Assembly: GCA_047495785.1 (NCBI GenBank)
Contig: JBLDXI010000029.1
Coordinates: 2,418,001-2,482,000, forward strand
Length of the DNA stretch: 64,000 nucleotides
Reading direction: 5' to 3'
From: Lepidodermella squamata
Taxonomy: Eukaryota; Animalia; Gastrotricha
Each line of letters starts with the position of its first letter. Positions within the stretch are counted from its first letter, which is position 1. Of this stretch, positions 40,918-52,941 are shown piece after piece. The notes beneath the pieces are model-generated. The model was not told the DNA's origin. It did no database searches and saw nothing but the letters and a program-made list of their open reading frames with translations. Position numbers and translations under genes: made by a program.

Positions 40918-42279
40918 TCACAAGGTCACAGTTTTTGCTGTTCCAGGCAGAAAGGTTCCAGCTGGCAGCTTGACCGAAATAAGATTAGTGCGATCACGCC
41001 ATTCGGGGGCGAACATCACGCGGTATGATGGCTCAGAGAGTCCACCAGTTCCAATCGCAATAACCACATCATGCTGCTCATTCAACTGCAATCCTGAAGT
41101 ACGAGCCAGATTTATCGGGAATGTAACTTCCTGCGCCGGCTTCAAAGTCGTTAAATCCCAATCTGGCAACTCAATCCTGTAGGCTGAAATTGTTCCATTT
41201 CTCGCTGTGAGTTTTGATGACGGAATTACAAGGGCATAAGCTTCGCCTTTCCTTGAAGGGGCAGCCCAGCCGTCGTTTCGAATGGATACGCCGTTAGGAC
41301 CAGCCCGAGTCATCACAGGTACGTAACCCAGCTTGCTCTGAATGATGTCGAAGCAATTCCGACCAAGGCTTGTGTCCTTCTTCCAAGCATTAATTGCAGG
41401 TTCATTGTATCCAGCCTGAAGCCAACCTTGTTTCATGGCTTCAAAATGACGAATGGTCCTGTTACAAACTAACAGCGGCTTGTTCGCTGGTCCACACGTT
41501 TCGCCACCAGTTGGCTTGGGAAATATAGCCATTTGCTTCCTGATTTCAGCATTGATAACACTCTCAGATTTTTCATTGTCCTTAATAGTCACAAATGTCC
41601 CGGAGTCAGTGATATCTGCCAAGATGCAGTCGTCAAAGAGACCAAGGCGGTTCTTTCCCTTCGCTGGTTCGACATCGCTGGGGATAAGCGCGACTTGGTC
41701 AGGTCGACGGAAGAAAACCACTGGAATAGACGTCGGAACTGCGTTTACAATTTCGCGGAATAAATCTGACTGCTGGCGATCTGTTTTGTAATTGGTCGAG
41801 TATTCGTTGTACATCTCGCCCCAGGCTCCCATGAAACCGGCTTGGAAACCTGCGATGACAGCTGAGTGCGTCTCAAGGAGAGGCTTCAACTGTGCCAGCT
41901 GAAGCTTGACAATATTCAGCGGAGCGTCCAGAACTGCGGCTTTCTCAGTATCAGCATAGGCGAAGCGAATGTTGATTCTCATGCCGTAATCGCGAACAGC
42001 CTTAAGATCTGCATCGATCTCGTCGAGCGCAGCTTGTGAGATAGCTTTGTCCATGAATGCGTCAAGGTAGTAAAGACGCTGAGTCATGGTGCGACCTTCC
42101 TTGACTCGTCTCTTGAGTTCATTGACAAACGAACCATCTTCAGCCTTCGAATGGCTGAAAAAGCGCCATGTTTGGGCGTAGAGACCCCGATCCGGGTTAC
42201 GCGGCGATAAGTCCTGAGCCCCAACACAGCTCAACAAAACCGCAGTTAGCTGCAATGTTATTCGTAAAAATTGAACCAT
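40918..42279 (-). CDS. Intronless secreted protein resembling bacterial DUF4874/DUF4832 (glycoside-hydrolase-like fold)
   Basis: Signal peptide; NPDRG, IRFAY, QAGFMGAWGE, GGETC, KLGY and IRNDGWAAP motifs recalled from that family. TATAAAA at 42334-42328. Confidence 0.65.
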   Translation of the reverse strand: MVQFLRITLQLTAVLLSCVGAQDLSPRNPDRGLYAQTWRFFSHSKAEDGSFVNELKRRVKEGRTMTQRLYYLDAFMDKAISQAALDEIDADLKAVRDYGMRINIRFAYADTEKAAVLDAPLNIVKLQLAQLKPLLETHSAVIAGFQAGFMGAWGEMYNEYSTNYKTDRQQSDLFREIVNAVPTSIPVVFFRRPDQVALIPSDVEPAKGKNRLGLFDDCILADITDSGTFVTIKDNEKSESVINAEIRKQMAIFPKPTGGETCGPANKPLLVCNRTIRHFEAMKQGWLQAGYNEPAINAWKKDTSLGRNCFDIIQSKLGYVPVMTRAGPNGVSIRNDGWAAPSRKGEAYALVIPSSKLTARNGTISAYRIELPDWDLTTLKPAQEVTFPINLARTSGLQLNEQHDVVIAIGTGGLSEPSYRVMFAPEWRDRTNLISVKLPAGTFLPGTAKTVTL

Positions 42280-42597
42280 TTTGGATTGAATAAGAGAATT
42301 ATGGCAAACTAGGACAAGACTGAGCTCTTTTATACTTTCTCGCAACGTCAGCGGTTGGTGTTTATTTGCTTGCCAGTTTTTTATTGCGTGGTTATTCTGT
42401 TATCGTGTCCTCGCGGCTAGTCTGTGCTATGTCATCCGCCACCTTGATCAAACAGCTGAAAAAGCTACACTATCAAGGCACACAACATCCGATCACATGA
42501 GAGGAATAATTGGGCTGATGAATCAGGTTTATTGCACTCGTTTTCATACTAATTACAGGACATCAGCGATGAGGTAAAAGGAATCAGCATCCCCCAA

Positions 42598-45280
42598 TTA
42601 GCTGACTTTCAGAGAACCATTTGATGTATGCTTGTTACCTGATATCATTATGCCATTTCTTTTCAATTTCGGGACGAAAATTATACCAGCGGGTGTAGCG
42701 GCCACCAAGATGGTAACAACCGATAATCCAATTACGATTTGAGAATATGTCTTCGTGAAGAAAGCTGCAACGACAGAGCAACCTGCAAAGGAGATCAGGG
42801 CGAAACCGTAAGTAGCAAATCCCGTAATGCGGAGATCATTTATGTCAGCCGACTGTTGCTAGATATTGCATTTCATATTAGAGGCAAAGAAATATTGATC
42901 AAGGCACACCTACCTTTCTAAGAGCGTATGCTTTGAACAGTGCTGGTAAAAATAGCAGCCCGAAGATGACAAAGAATATGGCGACAAAGACGTCGGAATA
43001 GGATTTCTGCAACGAACAGGCGTAAGAGTAATGCTGGTAAGCTAATCCCATATTTTCTGGTGAATATTCGATTCCAAAATCCAACATTTCACTTTCAAAT
43101 GGATACAAAGAGAACCAAACAATTGAAATGGTAGATATGGCTAAAGTCAAGAGAAAAACCTGCCACATGCCATTTCGTCGCTTCCTTCTTAGTTTTTTAA
43201 TCCGAATACTGGTCGGGATAGACAACGAATCCGTTCGCACCTCACCCTCTGCAAATGTTGCAGAATTCAGCTTAACCGCAAGCGTTTGAACCCCGACTAC
43301 CTTAACGAAGCGGCTAGCAATCGTCAATTTGATGAGCAGAGACGATGTGATTAATGAATACCCGACGAGAACCATGAAACATTGCGACATGCAGTAAATT
43401 CTCGTTGCAAAGTTCGACCCTACTATCACACTGGATAGCATTACGATGGAGCCTACTAGCACTGTAAGATTGAATTCTGGCATGGAATTTCTCACAAAAT
43501 CCTCATTGCGATACCAATTTTGATGGATGAAAATCACTACTAGACATAAAATAATTGCGAAGGATATTATGTCGAGAACGATTGCAGCACTATCTGAAAA
43601 TAACGGATCTTTCACCGTCAATATTTTAAGCGAATCCGGCGGAGGTAGGCCGTCGTATGTTTGCCACTTCATCTTATCTCGCTTAAGTTGGAATATGTCT
43701 GAGTTGCCCCGAGTGTCATGAAATGCTATCGGCACATTCTGGAGCAAGGAATCGAAACCAGTTGTCTGGCTATCATCCGCATCCCGGATTTGTTGTACCT
43801 GAGTGTAAGCGACAACGCCGGATAAGGCATTCAGAGACCGGTTCAGGTCTGAGTAAAACCCTGTGTAAACGACATTTTCCAGCGATGACTGCATCAGTTT
43901 GCGTATTTCAGAACCATTCTGTTGAAATTTGGACTTGGACGTGACCCAGTTAAGCAAGGTTTGATTTCGAGAGTTGAGAATAGTTTCCGTGTTGTTTAAA
44001 GCCAACGCCGCGACCATAATTTGCTCGTACATGAACGTTCCGCAGCATTCCCAGTAGTAATAATTGTCTGTTACGTCAACTCGGCTTAGTAGTTCCTTTG
44101 AAAAATCGTTAGCCGTAGTTCCAACAGAATCAACAAGTCGGTTATTTTTGTTAATAAACGAATCGAAGTTGGAGTAAATCACGCTTCGCAAGACGTCGAA
44201 AAGCATTCTTTCAGTACACCACGAAGGCTTGACTGGGTAATTGGCTGTGAACTTGGTATAGGGATGGGCTATAAAAACATAGTTCTGGCCGTAAATTTCA
44301 GCTCTGCGGAGATAACAGGCAGCAAAAGCCGGCAGATTGCTATTCATAATAATAATCCTCGGACGGCTCCGCTTCAACTGATCCATTGCATCCTGAAAGT
44401 TGTCTTCCGTGGGCAACTCCCCAGTTGACGGGAAAAAAACCTTTGCAATAACATTGATAGTTATGTTTTCCTTGACAAGAATCGAGCCAAGAATATTGTT
44501 CGTGTACTCCATCATTGAAGAGGAATCAGACAAAATGGACACCCTGCCCCACCCTATAGCTTTGATGAGTTTGACAAGAGCGAAGGGGAAGACATCGGGG
44601 GCAGGACTAATCACATAATACGATCTGAACAATCCCCGCAAATGGTATACCATTGGGTTAATCGACGCAGCACCAAGCTATTTAAAACTGAGTGAACGAA
44701 CGAAATAGGGACTTGTTGCCAAAACTTACGCCAACAAAATTGAAGTACTGGGTCATTCGAGCTAGAGTATCTTGGTCACTACACTCAGGTCCGATAAATA
44801 TGGGCAGCCGGTTCTCCGCCTCTTCATTCTGCCTCATCGAAAGCAGGAACTGGTTCACCCCTATGGATTGAGTGCACTACGAAAAACAGAAGACTAATGG
44901 TATTCAAAGAGCAATAACTCATGGGCTCACTTGGTTGTCGATAAATTCTACGCCCAACTCGTATTTGCCTAGCAACCCCAGCTTAGAAACTGTTTCCAGC
45001 GCGAATCGAGTAGATTCAGTGCTTATCGGCCCGGCGGGTGCCACTGTACCACCTAATCAGAATCATTTGAACTTCGAGGCAGATTCATATGAGTCTGTTT
45101 TGGCTTACCGTAACGGTGAGTGACCAGCATGCGAAGCAGAGTTTTGTTTCCATTCGTTTTAGTTGGCTGAATGAACTTCGGCATCGGCGATAGCATTGTT
45201 AGGCGACGGTCATCTGCCAACGATAGCAAGTCTTGGAATAGCAAGACGATGATAATAGAAAGTGTGTAAATTCTAAGCAT
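42598..45280 (-). CDS. Class C GPCR, GABA-B-receptor-like (Venus flytrap domain + 7TM)
   Basis: Signal peptide, ANF-receptor-like ectodomain (IGWGRVSILS, RPRIIIMN), RNSMPEFN and TM7 ending IIFVPKL; multi-exon. Confidence 0.75.
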
Positions 45281-46066
45281 GCTTCTAGGCGGTGAAATTG
45301 TGAATAAATGAATGACTGCTGATGCTATGAACTTTACCCCGCAGGACAGTACTCAGCCTTAACTAGCTATATCACCTGGACATCTCACATATCATCATCT
45401 TTCAAGGCATCTATGGTGTACGCCACGCGCGACCTGAAATCAAAACACCCCGAGTACGCATTTTGCTGATTACTCCCGTCGTGCGTGTTACATATTATAA
45501 TTTGTACCCTCAGACTCTGACGAGCATAAGGAAGCGATGAACTCCTCTGCAGTCTGAATATCGTCCCCCGTCCGTTTTCCTCTTAGTAATAAATTCATGA
45601 AATTCCCCATCACTCTTGCAAGGCTGTTACAAACATTTTGTGATACCTATCGAATGTTTTCCTAGGTCTAATAGCCCATCTTGCTTAATTAATTTCACGT
45701 GTTAGAGGCTAGACCTTTCCTTTTGATTGCTACCTACGTGGTCAACATGCGTTATGAAAATGTCATGAAAATAAGAAGTCACGGTAAAAAAAAAGTTGCT
45801 TGAAAAGTTTGAATAAGTAGAGACAAGGAAATTGAAAGGAACACCAGAAGATTGGATTGAGGAATATGACAATAATCAGCCGATTTAATTATCATTTCAG
45901 CCAGACTAACTAAAAGGCGATTAGTCACTCGAAGCTAGTCCGTTTTAATTATCTGCAACGCTTCGAAATATAGTCAGCAGGGTATATAAAGACTGAATGG
46001 AAAGAAAACGATAATCATCAATCAATTTCCTTTCGAATTTCTTTCCGTGATATTAAAACCATCAAC

Positions 46067-46655
46067 ATGCGCGTTGTCTTTGCACTAGCCGCCGTTATTC
46101 TTGTAGTTTTGGGTAAATCATTTGATGGGATCAAAGATAAGGACTCACTCTTCATTTTAATTACTTTTAGCCATCTCCGAAGCCGAGGCTGGCCGCGGAA
46201 ATAAGGGCAAAAGTGTTTCGAAGAGCGTCTCCATCAGCGTGTCGTACAACCGGCAGCCGAAGAAGCACGCGATGAAGAAGCGCCCGGCCAAGAAGGCCTT
46301 CGTCGCTGGGCGCAAGCACCGCCGTGCCTCGTTCTCCAAGTCCGTGTCCGCGTCGGTGTCGGCCCGCACGAACAAGCACACCCGCAAGGTCTCCACCAAG
46401 AAGTTCATGCGCGTGCACAAGCGCGGATCCATGTCCGGCTCGTACTCGCGATCGGGCTCCTTCGGCGGCTACAACAAGAAGGGCGGCAAGAAATTCGGTG
46501 GCAAGAAGTTCGGCGGCAAGAAGTTTGGCGGCAAGAAGCACGGTGGCAAGCACGGCAAGAAGGGTCGCAAGGGCAGCAAGAGCGGCAGCTACTCGGCCTC
46601 CAACAACTTCTCCTACTCGGTCGCCGTCGAGACCGGTGCTGCTCCCAGCAAATAA
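46067..46655 (+). CDS. Secreted basic protein, copy 2
   Basis: TATATAAA at ~45983; signal peptide plus phase-1 intron; core near-identical to copy 1. Confidence 0.85.
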
Positions 46656-47237
46656 TTGATAACTATAAATAATTTATTTTCGACCTTTTCATTTCGAATT
46701 TTTCGGAATAAATATTAAAGAATTCAGGTAATAAGGTTGCGTTATTCTGGGGCTTTTTTATCCTTTCAAGCACATCACGATTACAATTCAGCCGCAAACC
46801 GCACAACAGGCCGAGGAAATCGAGATGAGTGATTGAAATTCATTATTATATTTTCGACCTTATTAAAACGCTTCATGTTGAACTAACTTTCGTTCATTGT
46901 AATGTTTACTCTTCATTTCAGATCGCTTTGCCTCTTATCGACCCCATACGTTGAAAGGGATTCGACTTTTTTGGGAGCAATAACTCGCAATGTTAGAAGC
47001 TTTGATGGCCAGTTGCCAGTAGATTTATTTGTGTCACAATGAAATCGGATCGTGTGACCAATAGAAGCGCACGAGCGAGTTTTTGATTATGTGCGTCGCG
47101 TGCCTTATTCGAATTTTGGCTTATAAAAGGCGATCTGCTGACTGGCAATGATCATCACCTGCTTTTGCAATTTAAAGCTCACAGCAATCTTCTCGCTTTC
47201 ATTTTCGTTCGTGTTTTGATCCTTCTCAAACTCTAAA

Positions 47238-48542
47238 ATGGCCTGCTCTTACACCTCGATCCCCTCGACCTTCGCCGCTGGCTACACCAGCCCGATGAAC
47301 GTCGAGAGCCTGCTCCGCAACAAGGTCGACATCTACTCGCCGTCGTCTGTTGAGCGCAGCCTCGTCAACGCCGCCGTCCCGACCCCGTTCGCCGCTGCTG
47401 CTGGCATCCACAACGTCAACGCCTTCGCCTCGTCCCCGATCGCCTACAACACCTTCGCCTCGCCGATCGAGTGCGGAGCCGAGACCGGCCGCGTCTTCGG
47501 TGCCGAGTGCGGTGCCCAGCTGGCCGCCATCGTCGCCGCCCGCCTCAACACCTTCGTCGGCCAGGAGGTGGCCGTCCGCATCGGCGCCCAGTGGGGAGCC
47601 GAGATGTGCGCCAAGCTGGGTGCCGAGCTCGCCGTCAAGCTCGCCAACGGCTGGCCGGTCGAGCAGTGCGCCCGCTGGTGCTACACCTTCGGAGCCGAGC
47701 ACGGCGCCGAACTGGGTGCCATCATCGCCCAGCGCCTGGGTGCCATCTACACCGCCGAGTTCGCCGCCCGCATCGGCGCCGAGCTCTTCGCCGACGTCTG
47801 CGCCAAGCAGTGCTACGTCATCGCCGCCCGCGTCGCCGAGTCGCGCTTCGGTGGTGCCCGCCTGGCCAACAACTGGACCGGCTCGTTCGAGCGCTTCGGT
47901 GGCATCAACTACCCGACCACCTTCGGCCCCTTCGGCGCCAACACCTGGTCGAACACCCTGTCGGCTGACAACAAGCTGTACAACATCTCCTTCCGCCCGT
48001 CCTCCGAGGTCGAGCTCTACACCCTGACCCACCCGATCCGCATGATCGACGTCGAGGGCAACCGCCAGCTGTACCTGTGCTTCGAGCTCAAGGGCTTCAA
48101 GCCTGAGGAAGTCACCGTCACCCTGAACAAGGCCGAGCGCGCCGTCGTCGTCGAGGCTGCCCACGAGGCCAAGGACGGCAAGGAGCACACCGTCGCCCGC
48201 AAGTACTCGCGCAAGTTCGTCCTGCCCGAGGTAAGAGAAAACACTTTTCACTCATAATCTCATAACTTTAATGATCCGTTTTCTTAATAGACCCTTGCCA
48301 AGATCGACCTGACCAAGGTTGAGCTCAAGTCGTGCCTGACCCAGGAGGGCCACCTCGTCGTCGAGTGCCAGCTGCCGAAGATGACCACCGAGGAGATCGC
48401 CAAGTGCCCGACCATGTCCGAGCTGTACAACAAGCTGCCCGCCTTCGGAGGCTTCAACGCCGCCGTCCAGGCCTTCGGCGGCATCAACGGCGTCAACTGC
48501 CACGTCAACGCCGTCAAGCCCGTCACCGTCAAGACCGCCTAA
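47238..48542 (+). CDS. Small heat-shock (alpha-crystallin domain) protein with a long repetitive N-terminal extension
   Basis: FELKGFKPEEVTV..VVVEAAHE..RKYSRKFVLPE, then LKSCLTQEGHLVVE after an intron at approx 48231-48290. CCAAT at ~47058 and TATAAAA at ~47122; very strong C/G-ending codon bias. Confidence 0.85.
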
Positions 48543-48717
48543 ATGAAATCTAACGAGAAGATGAGCAATTATGCGCAATGTTAAAGAACTTTGCTTGAGA
48601 AAAATTGTGATACCATTCGATGTGATACTCTTGTGCTATTTGCAGTTTTCCTCGAGACAGTAAAACAAGAGATGTTGCGTATTCAAGGTTCTGTATATGG
48701 CTATGAGTCATCCGTGA

Positions 48718-48757
48718 TTCAGTTTCAGTTTCAGTTTCAGTTCAGTTCAGTTTCAGT
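48718..48757. repeat. (CAGTTT)n-type microsatellite
   Basis: TTCAGTTTCAGTTTCAG run seen directly. Confidence 0.8.
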
Positions 48758-49937
48758 TAAAGATGATGGCTACTAAATCATATGGGCCAAGGTTCGCCTC
48801 CACGCCATGCAACACTTTTTGCATGCAAAATGATCGATCATCAATAATTTTCCATTCAATAAGTATGCAAATATTCCTAATCACATTATTTCGCCCGAGT
48901 CCAGAAGGGCGTTGTCAAACTTTTTTGAAAATAATTAAGATCATACTTCTTGGGATCATTTCTTTATTTAGATTTGCCCCAACGTCAGCCTCATCTGACG
49001 ACAAACCCAAACCGCGATGACGAGGCGTGGTGACTGGCCCTGAGCGCGAACTTGGCCGCACGAGGCCGGCGACCTTTCCAGGGTGGCTGGTCTCGAGGCG
49101 GCCGTTGATGAACGTTCCGGTCTGGTGGCTCTTTAATTAGGGCCACTTCCGGAGGGGTCAGTCGCTTTCAGAGCGGCTTTTCTAATGAAAAACAAAACTT
49201 GAATTGTTTCTCCAAGTTATTGAAAAACGATGACATCCGCCTATTCGAAGTCATCCTTATAGCATGAATGAGCGCAATACATTTTATTAAATTGGTATTT
49301 TGACGCTGGGCGGTTCGATTCATCTGAAGTCATCTGATTCATCTGATATTGGACAAAAACTACTGTCACTGCTTGGATTATAATCTGCGCTCGGCCAATG
49401 CTAAATCCCAGCTTCGGTGTAGTGATTCAGTTTTTCAGCTTCCTCGGTGTGGAAATTGTGAGGGACGGTTTCGAGCTTTTGGAGTCTCGAATTTCAAAGT
49501 TCGTGATACCTGTTGTAAACGGCCACGAATATTCTCAACAATTTTCCGAATTTTAATGATAAAAAAGTACAGTGCGGCCAGTGGGTGAAAAGCAGACAAA
49601 ATAAGGTTGCTAATTTGTTGGGTTCAATGATGACTTGTGAAGCCCAAAGCAGCTTTAAAACAAAAAGATTTATGATAATTATTATTTATGAGGATGGTTT
49701 TTCGAGCTGGAATCCAATTGCCACTGGTAGAGAGTAGAGATCCGATGAAGTTCTACTGTTAACTAATTAGCAGACAGTTTGCTGTTTATTGTTGATAATT
49801 ACGCTCGAATTCAATTATTTGCCGCGCTTCAAGAAATGACGATTTCGGTATATATAAGGAGGATGGATATCGATGAAAGAATCATCAAGCTCCATTCGAA
49901 TATTATATAATTTTCGCTAAAATATCAAACCATAAAG

Positions 49938-50521
49938 ATGCGTGCTGTTTTCGCTTTGGCTGCTGTCGTTCTTTTGGCTCTCGGTAATCTTTGAAAGCAT
50001 TGTTTGGTCCAATAATATTACTCGTTTTCTTCCTTTCAGCTTTCTCCGAAGCCGAGGCTGGCCGCGGAAATAAGGGCAAAAGTGTTTCGAAGAGCGTCTC
50101 CATCAGCGTGTCGTACAACAAGCATCAGCCGAAGAAGCACGCGATGAAGAAGCGCCCGGCCAAGAAGGCCTTCGTCGCTGGGCGCAAGCACCGCCGTGCC
50201 TCGTTCTCCAAGTCCGTGTCCGCGTCGGTGTCGGCCCGCACGAACAAGCACACCCGCAAGGTCTCCACCAAGAAGTTCATGCGCGTGCACAAGCGCGGAT
50301 CCATGTCCGGCTCGTACTCGCGATCGGGCTCCTTCGGCGGCTACAACAAGAAGCATGGCAACAAGCGCCACGGTGGCAAGAAATTCGGCGGCAAGAAGTT
50401 TGGCGGCAAGAAGGGTGGCAAGCACGGCAAGGGTCGCAAGGGCAGCAAGAGCGGCAGCTACTCGGCCTCCAACAACTTCTCCTACTCGGTCGCCGTCGAG
50501 ACCGGTGCTGCTGCTGAGTAA
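49938..50521 (+). CDS. Secreted basic protein, copy 3
   Basis: TATATATAA at ~49849; signal peptide MRAVFALAAVVLLALAFSEAEA with an intron; conserved core. Confidence 0.85.
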
Positions 50522-50744
50522 AAATTCGATCCTAAAAACGTTTTCCACGGATGCCTGTTGATCTAATTCTCCTTGATAATTTATTGGCGAAGGTTTAAAT
50601 AAATTTACGCTTAAATTACGCTTAACTGTCAACTGTACTACATGCTTTCAATTTGGATGAACACGGAGATAAAACCGCTAAAATAACAGCGCTAAGAACA
50701 GCGTTCAAGTGGAGACCTTCGTTATAGAATACGACTGTGAGCCA

Positions 50745-50816
50745 GCGTCAGTGGTGTAACGGTCAGCATGGTTGCCTTCCAAGCAGCCGATCCGGGTTCG
50801 ACTCCCGGCTGACGCA
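50745..50816 (+). tRNA. tRNA-Gly(TCC)
   Basis: 72-nt cloverleaf, acceptor stem GCGTCAG/CTGACGC, anticodon TCC, intact GGTTCGACTCCC B-box, T-run downstream. Confidence 0.95.
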
Positions 50817-51047
50817 CATGTTTTTGCATTTTCAAATAATTTTTCATTTATAAAATAAGCAGAAATAATCCGATGAATCCAGCGATACCAAATCATCTCC
50901 TTTCTCCGCTCAAACACTTTTCCGTTTTTTTCTATCGCTTCTCGGCCTTTCTCGGCCTTCTAACAGACTAACTTATGCTGATAGATTGCCTAAGGCAGAA
51001 GTCAACTAAATAATCACGGGTTATATCGCATCATAACTAATTCAAAA

Positions 51048-51129
51048 GCTGCTATGCCCGAGTGGTTAAGGGGTCTGACTTGAAATCAGATGCGGTCTCC
51101 GCGCGTAGGTTCAAATCCTACTGGCAGCG
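51048..51129 (+). tRNA. tRNA-Ser(TGA)
   Basis: 82-nt type II tRNA, anticodon loop CT-TGA-AA, long variable arm, G73, GGTTCAAATCC. Confidence 0.95.
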
Positions 51130-51416
51130 ATCTTTTTGCGTTGTAACCTCTAAAATTAGGTCAGTTTATATACCAATTAAAGGTAAATAGAATCTTTTTG
51201 AAATTATCGGTGTGAAATGTAGCATTAGCCACCATCATCGATAACCCAACAATCGCTTTTTTCAGTGCACTTGCCATCATCAAACGAGGTTTAAATCTTT
51301 ACAATATTAATGTTTTATTCGGAAACGCTGCCTATTATGCATACGCAAATTAGGCGACACGAAATAAAACTACTTCATTTATACCATTGATAAAGATATG
51401 TTAAGGTAGCTTGAAT

Positions 51417-51433
51417 GTCAATCTTCGGATTGG

Positions 51434-51472
<39 letters not shown>

Positions 51473-51522
51473 GGCCCCTGCGCAAGGATGACACGCAAAA
51501 TCGTGAAGCGTTCCATATTTTT
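51417..51522 (+). ncRNA. U6: U6 snRNA, copy 2
   Basis: Transcribed body identical to copy 1; ACAGAGA box; T-run terminator. Confidence 0.97.
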
Positions 51523-51929
51523 AAACCCTCAATGAAAATTAAAGAAATTAAAATCGTGGGTCGGTAGAATACTTTTCCACAATAGCTGTTTTCTCTTATT
51601 CGCCTGCGCTTAGCCGATAAAATTCTAGGGAAATGACATCGCCTTTTATTTTTCAATTCGGCTATTCTTTTGAAATCAGCGTCTCGATGATTCCACAGCT
51701 CGGAGGTTGTACTGAAAATGAATTCCATCAATTTCGGTTCGCAACGTTGAAATGCTTGAAGCAAACTGCCTTCGATAAAAAAATTCTTAGGCATAAATAT
51801 TATTTCATACATTTATTTCATGATTTTTACTTTTTTGAACAATCAAAATTTCGAGAAAGAAATTACTCGATGAACACCTCAATTTTAATAGATTCGAATG
51901 ATTTCAAAGTTTTGATATTGATCGCTGTT

Positions 51930-52600
51930 TTACTGAACGACACAGCAGCATTTTTTCGAAGTTTTGCGCGTTTTAACCTCAACAATGTTGTTTGTAATGC
52001 TACCCGGCTCGGCCTGCTTGGCAGCCAACGGTTCCGAAGCCTTGGACTCAAACATAGCTCGTTTGCCATCGACTGGCGGGTGGACATTTTCCTTGAAACG
52101 GCCAATGAAATTTCCGGCTGGGTAATACTGGCCAACAACGTAGACTTGACCGTTAGCAGCCGCTGCGATTCCCAATCCAACCTGCTTGCTGCCTTTCCAA
52201 ACTACTTGCGAAAAATGACCTGGCAAAAAATGATAGGAAATCTCGTTTTTAGCTGATAATTTCTTAATTTTGACAAACCGCAAGTAGAGGCGCAAGATTC
52301 AGGATTTCCATAACTGAAACGCTCGACCTCGCTGTACCAACGCGATACCGCTCCCTTGGCGCTTTCTTCCGGCGTTTTAGACGAGCTGAAAGCGCTGAAA
52401 ATGTTCTCGCCAACAATTTGCCCATTCAACGTTGAATCACTGTGTTGCAGCCGGTTGGTTTTGGCCATGTTCTCGGCACATTTCTGAGCTTGGGCCGCTA
52501 GGTCCGAGCTCCACTGCAGAGGTTCCGCGCCATGAATAGCTCGAACCTGGTTGTGCTCGGAAAACAGCACCTCTCGAATAGTTTTCACGTTGATAGTCAT
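51930..52600 (-). CDS. CAP/SCP domain protein, GAPR-1-like, copy 3, with C-terminal CaaX box
   Basis: HNQVR, GENI, WYSEV, GHFSQVVWKGS and YYPAGN; ends KTSKKCCCVVQ. Confidence 0.88.
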
Positions 52601-52941
52601 AATTAATGAATGTTGGTGAAAATAACGGGAAAAAAATGAAAATAACATGATGCTAATTTTTTTCTCTTGTTTTGACTTTGGTCACACGCGTCTGATTCAG
52701 TTCGAAACTCGTGCCTTGGCCAAGCGATTCTTTTGAAGTTCGCCGGCTATTTTCGTTGCGCTTTGCACCCGGAAACTTGGGCTTTTGATGGCAATGCTTA
52801 TAGTGCCTGCCTAAAGCCGATGACCTTCAATCGAAAGACAAAAATATATTTTGAGCATAATAATCAAGCTTTATTTCCAGAACTTTCTCACCATTATAAT
52901 ATTCAGCATAAATATTAATAAATCACAAATGGTTAATCAAT

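Noticed and set aside
47226-48578. Long antisense and alternative-frame ORFs over the sHSP and basic-protein genes
   Set aside because: By-products of extreme C/G-ending codon bias, which removes stops in other frames.
50745-51129. tRNA-Gly and tRNA-Ser as a dedicated codon supply for the adjacent Gly/Ser-rich genes
   Set aside because: These genes use mostly GGC/GGT and TCC/TCG/AGC; tRNA-Gly(TCC) does not read the main Gly codons.
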